DNA of 2,827 nucleotides from Enterobacteria phage CUS-3: sequence record FN394992.1; one strand, 5' to 3'. Shown piece by piece: positions 1 to 2,827 of this stretch (position 1 is its first letter; each line of letters starts with the position of its first letter). The notes under the pieces were generated by a model. It saw only the letters and a program-made list of their open reading frames with translations, ran no database searches and was not told where the DNA came from. The position numbers and the translations under genes were made by a program.

Positions 1-438
1 ATGGCGCGCCCAACAAAGTATCAAGAGGCGTATGCCGAACAGGCACGCAAACTGTGCTTGCTGGGCTACACCGATGCAGAGCTTGCTGATTTCTTCGAAG
101 TCAGTGAGTCAACTATTAACAAGTGGAAGCTTGATTATCCTGAGTTTTCGGAGTCCATAAAAAAGGGTAAGGCCGTCGCTGATGCAGAAGTTAGTGACCG
201 TCTTTATCAACGCGCTATGGGCTTCGTGGCTCCAGACATCGATATTCGTGTTATTGAAAACAGAATTGTCGAAACTCCGCTTGAGAAGTATTACCCGCCT
301 GATACAACTGCCGCCATCTTCTGGCTTAAGAACCGACAGAAGGATAAATGGCGCGACAAGGTTGATCACGAGCTAACAGGCAAAGACGGCGGCGCAATTC
401 AGATTGAAACATCACCGATGAGCACTCTGTTCGGAAAA
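1..438 (+). CDS. Phage terminase small subunit (DNA-packaging protein), 3'-partial; the ORF-track end at 543 is an artefact of reading through the N-run
   Basis: ATG at 1 opens frame 1 with no stop for 146 readable codons (MARPTKYQEAYAEQARKLCLLGYTDAELADFFEVSESTINKWKLDYPEF...TGKDGGAIQIETSPMSTLFGK). The N-terminal segment LGYTDAELADFFEVSESTINKWK looks like the helix-turn-helix of small terminases. The C-terminal stretch resembles, from memory, the Sf6/P22-like small terminase family. Codon usage is typical enteric (about 55% G+C in the first 60 nt, counted by hand). The true stop is hidden in the gap. Confidence 0.75.
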
Positions 439-538
439 NNNNNNNNNNNNNNNNNNNNNNNNNNNNNNNNNNNNNNNNNNNNNNNNNNNNNNNNNNNNNN
501 NNNNNNNNNNNNNNNNNNNNNNNNNNNNNNNNNNNNNN
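439..538. other. Run of exactly 100 N: conventional scaffold gap of unknown length, or masked sequence
   Basis: Seen directly. 100 is the standard placeholder for an unsized gap. The coding frame changes across it (frame 1 before, frame 2 after), and the flanking genes are not normally neighbours in P22-like genomes. Confidence 0.9.
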
Positions 539-1762
539 TCTGAGCCATGTGTAAAATATTATGATGGCATTCTGTATCTGACGACCAGGGGGACATTAAG
601 TACTCAACCCGGTAGTTCATTGCACAGAAGCTCTGATTTAGGTACATCATGGAATTCTCTTCGCTTCCCAAATAATGTTCATCACTCAAACCTTCCTTTT
701 GCCAAAGTTGGCGATGAGCTGATTATTTTTGGCAGTGAGCGCGCATTTGGTGAGTGGGAAGGAGGAGAACCTGATAACCGTTATGCAGGAAACTATCCAA
801 GAACATTTATGACCAGAGTTAACGTCAATGAGTGGAGTCTGGATAATGTAGAGTGGGTTAATGTTACTGATCAGATTTATCAGGGCGGAATAGTTAACTC
901 TGCGGTTGGTGTTGGTTCAGTTTGTATCAAAGACAACTGGCTGTACTACATTTTCGGTGGGGAAGACTTTCTAAACCCATGGAGCATAGGGGATAACAAC
1001 AGAAAATATCCTTATGTTCACGATGGTCACNNNNNNNNNNNNNNNNNNNNNNNNNNNNNNNNNNNNNNNNNNNNNNNNNNNNNNNNNNNNNNNNNNNNNN
1101 NNNNNNNNNNNNNNNNNNNNNNNNNNNNNNNNNNNNNNNNNNNNNNNNNNNNNNNNNNNNNNNNNNNNNNNNNNNNNNNNNNNNNNNNNNNNNNNNNNNN
1201 NNNNNNNNNNNNNNNNNNNNNNNNNNNNNNNNNNNNNNNNNNNNNNNNNNNNNNNNNNNNNNNNNNNNNNNNNNNNNNNNNNNNNNNNNNNNNNNNNNNN
1301 NNNNNNNNNNNNNNNNNNNNNAGCGGCGGTGAAACAACGTCTTCAGCAGATGGTGCAATGATAACGTTGCATGGTTCCGGAAGCAGTACTCCACGTCGCG
1401 CGGTATATAACGCACTCGAACATCTTTTTGAGAACGGAGATGTTAAACCTTATCTTGATAATGTAAATGCTCTTGGTGGTCCGGGAAACAGGTTCTCGAC
1501 AGTTTATCTTGGCTCCAATCCTGTGGTTACCAGTGACGGAACATTAAAGACAGAGCCGGTCTCTCCTGACGAAGCATTGCTGGATGCCTGGGGTGACGTC
1601 AGGTATATCGCTTATAAATGGCTGAACGCTGTCGCTATAAAGGGGGAAGAAGGGGCGAGGATACATCATGGTGTAATCGCGCAGCAACTTCGTGATGTTC
1701 TTATTTCTCACGGACTCATGGAAGAAGAAAGCACAACATGCCGCTATGCGTTTCTTTGCTAT
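539..1762 (+). CDS. Tailspike/tail fibre protein, C-terminal portion (no start or stop in view; interrupted by N-run 1031-1321): sialidase-like Asp-box propeller segment plus C-terminal intramolecular chaperone (peptidase S74) domain; probable endo-N-acetylneuraminidase (endosialidase)
   Basis: Hand translation of frame 2 gives 164 stop-free codons for 539-1030 (SEPCVKYYDGILYLTTRGTLSTQPGSSLHRSSDLGTSWNSLRFPNN...GSVCIKDNWLYYIFGGEDFLNPWSIGDNNRKYPYVHDGH) and 147 stop-free codons for 1322-1762 (SGGETTSSADGAMITLHGSGSS...NRFSTVYLGSNPVVTSDGTLKTEPVSPDEALLDAWGDVRYIAYKWLNAVAIKGEEGARIHHGVIAQQLRDVLISHGLMEEE...). The 291-nt N-run between them is a multiple of 3, so both pieces share one frame. The ORF track missed this frame because it contains no ATG outside the Ns. 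SSDLGTSW fits the sialidase Asp-box S-x-D-x-G-x-[T/S]-W. SDGTLK ... HHGVIAQQL fits the autocleavage site and conserved core of the tail-fibre/endosialidase C-terminal chaperone domain. Confidence 0.8.
629..652 (+). other. Asp-box (BNR) motif S-S-D-L-G-T-S-W within the tailspike
   Basis: Codons agc tct gat tta ggt aca tca tgg at 629-652 in frame 2. The motif is characteristic of sialidase/neuraminidase beta-propellers, including phage endosialidases. Confidence 0.6.
1031..1321. other. N-run of 291 nt (97 codons) inside the tailspike reading frame
   Basis: Seen directly. The length is a multiple of 3, and the same stop-free frame is open on both sides. Confidence 0.9.
1532..1762 (+). other. 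C-terminal intramolecular chaperone / autoproteolytic domain (peptidase S74 type) of the tailspike, with the predicted self-cleavage motif S-D-G-T-L-K at 1532-1549; the domain continues into the gap
   Basis: TSDGTLKTEPVSPDEALLDAWGDVRYIAYKWLN...HHGVIAQQLRDVL follows the family pattern: Ser-Asp...Lys at the cleavage site, then a conserved (I/H)GxIAQ(E/Q) core. In this family the Ser is the cleavage site, and the domain is released after trimer folding. Confidence 0.7.
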
Positions 1763-2179
1763 NNNNNNNNNNNNNNNNNNNNNNNNNNNNNNNNNNNNNN
1801 NNNNNNNNNNNNNNNNNNNNNNNNNNNNNNNNNNNNNNNNNNNNNNNNNNNNNNNNNNNNNNNNNNNNNNNNNNNNNNNNNNNNNNNNNNNNNNNNNNNN
1901 NNNNNNNNNNNNNNNNNNNNNNNNNNNNNNNNNNNNNNNNNNNNNNNNNNNNNNNNNNNNNNNNNNNNNNNNNNNNNNNNNNNNNNNNNNNNNNNNNNNN
2001 NNNNNNNNNNNNNNNNNNNNNNNNNNNNNNNNNNNNNNNNNNNNNNNNNNNNNNNNNNNNNNNNNNNNNNNNNNNNNNNNNNNNNNNNNNNNNNNNNNNN
2101 NNNNNNNNNNNNNNNNNNNNNNNNNNNNNNNNNNNNNNNNNNNNNNNNNNNNNNNNNNNNNNNNNNNNNNNNNNNNNNN
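1763..2179. other. N-run of 417 nt (139 codons); must contain the tailspike 3' end and stop, the intergenic region, and possibly the true 5' end of the downstream acetyltransferase
   Basis: Seen directly. The tailspike frame is still open at 1762. The first readable codon after the run is an in-frame ATG (2180-2182) with no visible upstream context. Confidence 0.9.
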
Positions 2180-2827
2180 ATGTCGTTTTCCGTTGATGAT
2201 AATGGATCAGGTAATATTTTTGTATGTGGAGATCTTGTAAATAGCAAAGAGAATAAAGTTCAGTTCAATGGAAACAATAACAAACTTATTATAGAAGATG
2301 ATGTTGAGTGTCGATGGCTTACCGTAATATTTAGGGGTGATAATAATTACGTAAGAATACATAAAAACAGTAAGATTAAAGGTGATATTGTCGCAACAAA
2401 AGGTTCAAAAGTTATTATCGGTAGAAGAACGACAATAGGTGCAGGTTTTGAAGTCGTCACTGATAAGTGCAATGTTACAATTGGCCATGACTGCATGATA
2501 GCAAGAGATGTTATTTTGCGTGCATCAGATGGGCATCCTATATTTGATATTCATAGCAAAAAAAGGATTAATTGGGCAAAAGATATCATTATATCTAGTT
2601 ACGTATGGGTAGGGAGAAATGTCTCTATAATGAAAGGGGTATCTGTTGGAAGCGGATCTGTCATTGGGTATGGGAGTATTGTAACTAAAGATGTGCCATC
2701 TATGTGTGCAGCAGCCGGTAATCCAGCAAAAATAATAAAAAGAAATATAATATGGGCAAGAACGGATAAAGCGGAGCTAATTAGTGATGACAAGAGATGC
2801 TCCAGCTATCATGCGAAGCTCACGCAA
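2180..2827 (+). CDS. Hexapeptide-repeat (left-handed beta-helix) O-acetyltransferase, 3'-partial with uncertain 5' end; candidate phage lysogenic-conversion gene, possibly a NeuO-like polysialic acid O-acetyltransferase
   Basis: Frame 2 is open for 216 codons from ATG 2180 to the window end, with no stop. The C-terminal half has the signature of LacA/Maa/WbbJ/NeuO-type acetyltransferases: IGAGFEVVTDKCNVTIGHDCMIARDVIL...SSYVWVGRNVSIMKGVSVGSGSVIGYGSIVTKDVPSMCAAAGNPAKIIKRN. The gene is strikingly AT-rich (25-37% G+C in three hand-counted 60-nt stretches, against about 50-55% in the terminase and chaperone segments). It sits immediately downstream of the tailspike, the position of serotype-conversion genes in P22-like prophages. 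Confidence 0.8.
   Translation, partial: MSFSVDDNGSGNIFVCGDLVNSKENKVQFNGNNNKLIIEDDVECRWLTVIFRGDNNYVRIHKNSKIKGDIVATKGSKVIIGRRTTIGAGFEVVTDKCNVTIGHDCMIARDVILRASDGHPIFDIHSKKRINWAKDIIISSYVWVGRNVSIMKGVSVGSGSVIGYGSIVTKDVPSMCAAAGNPAKIIKRNIIWARTDKAELISDDKRCSSYHAKLTQ

Noticed and set aside
109-369. 86-aa ORF on the minus strand
   Set aside because: It lies wholly antisense to the well-supported terminase small subunit frame and has no recognisable motifs; it is a shadow ORF.
182-376. 64-aa ORF on the plus strand in an alternate frame
   Set aside because: It is nested inside the terminase gene in another frame with low-complexity composition; there is no independent support.
399-689. 96-aa minus-strand ORF spanning the 100-N gap
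   Set aside because: A third of it is translated from Ns, and the readable part is antisense to the terminase and tailspike frames.
927-1415. 162-aa minus-strand ORF and the overlapping 115-aa plus-strand ORF (1014-1361)
   Set aside because: Both are mostly N-derived X residues, and the real bases belong to the frame-2 tailspike CDS.
2180-2182. Treating ATG 2180 as the confirmed start codon of the acetyltransferase
   Set aside because: It abuts the N-run, so no ribosome-binding site or upstream frame can be examined; it may be an internal methionine.
1692-2247. Three ORFs (1692-2240 +, 1738-2196 +, 1759-2247 -) bridging the 417-N run
   Set aside because: They exist only because Ns contain no stop codons, and the readable ends are out of frame with the supported tailspike and acetyltransferase frames.
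2599-2793. 64-aa minus-strand ORF
   Set aside because: It is antisense to the hexapeptide-repeat region of the acetyltransferase; its hydrophobic composition is the mirror of an AT-rich sense strand, not evidence of a membrane peptide.
1-2827. Search for tRNA, CRISPR repeats, IS inverted repeats, att sites, or defence-system hallmarks
   Set aside because: None is visible in the readable sequence. All readable bases are accounted for by three phage coding regions, and any intergenic signal would lie within the N-runs.

Overview
The window is a gapped piece of a temperate tailed-phage (prophage) genome; three N-runs (439-538, 1031-1321, 1763-2179) hide about 28% of it. Three + strand coding regions are supported by the readable sequence. 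(1) 1-438: the 5' part of a terminase small subunit gene (Sf6/P22-type small terminase with an N-terminal helix-turn-helix), cut off by a 100-N gap. (2) 539-1762: an open frame with no start or stop in view, encoding the C-terminal part of a tailspike/tail fibre. It carries a sialidase-type Asp-box (SSDLGTSW) in a beta-propeller-like segment, followed by a C-terminal intramolecular chaperone/autoprotease domain (peptidase S74 type: TSDGTLKTE ... HHGVIAQQL). This is the architecture of the endosialidase tailspikes of polysialic-acid (K1 capsule)-specific coliphages. (3) 2180-2827: a strongly AT-rich gene for a left-handed beta-helix (hexapeptide-repeat) acyl/acetyltransferase, running off the window end. 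A sialidase-type tailspike followed directly by an AT-rich O-acetyltransferase matches the known lysogenic-conversion module of P22-like K1 prophages (CUS-3 with neuO); I recognise the architecture, not the exact sequence, so the neuO assignment is a hypothesis. I see no RNA genes, CRISPR array, IS element or convincing promoter/terminator in the readable sequence, and nothing that requires a novel system. Every intergenic region, the tailspike stop and the acetyltransferase 5' end lie inside the N-runs and cannot be assessed.
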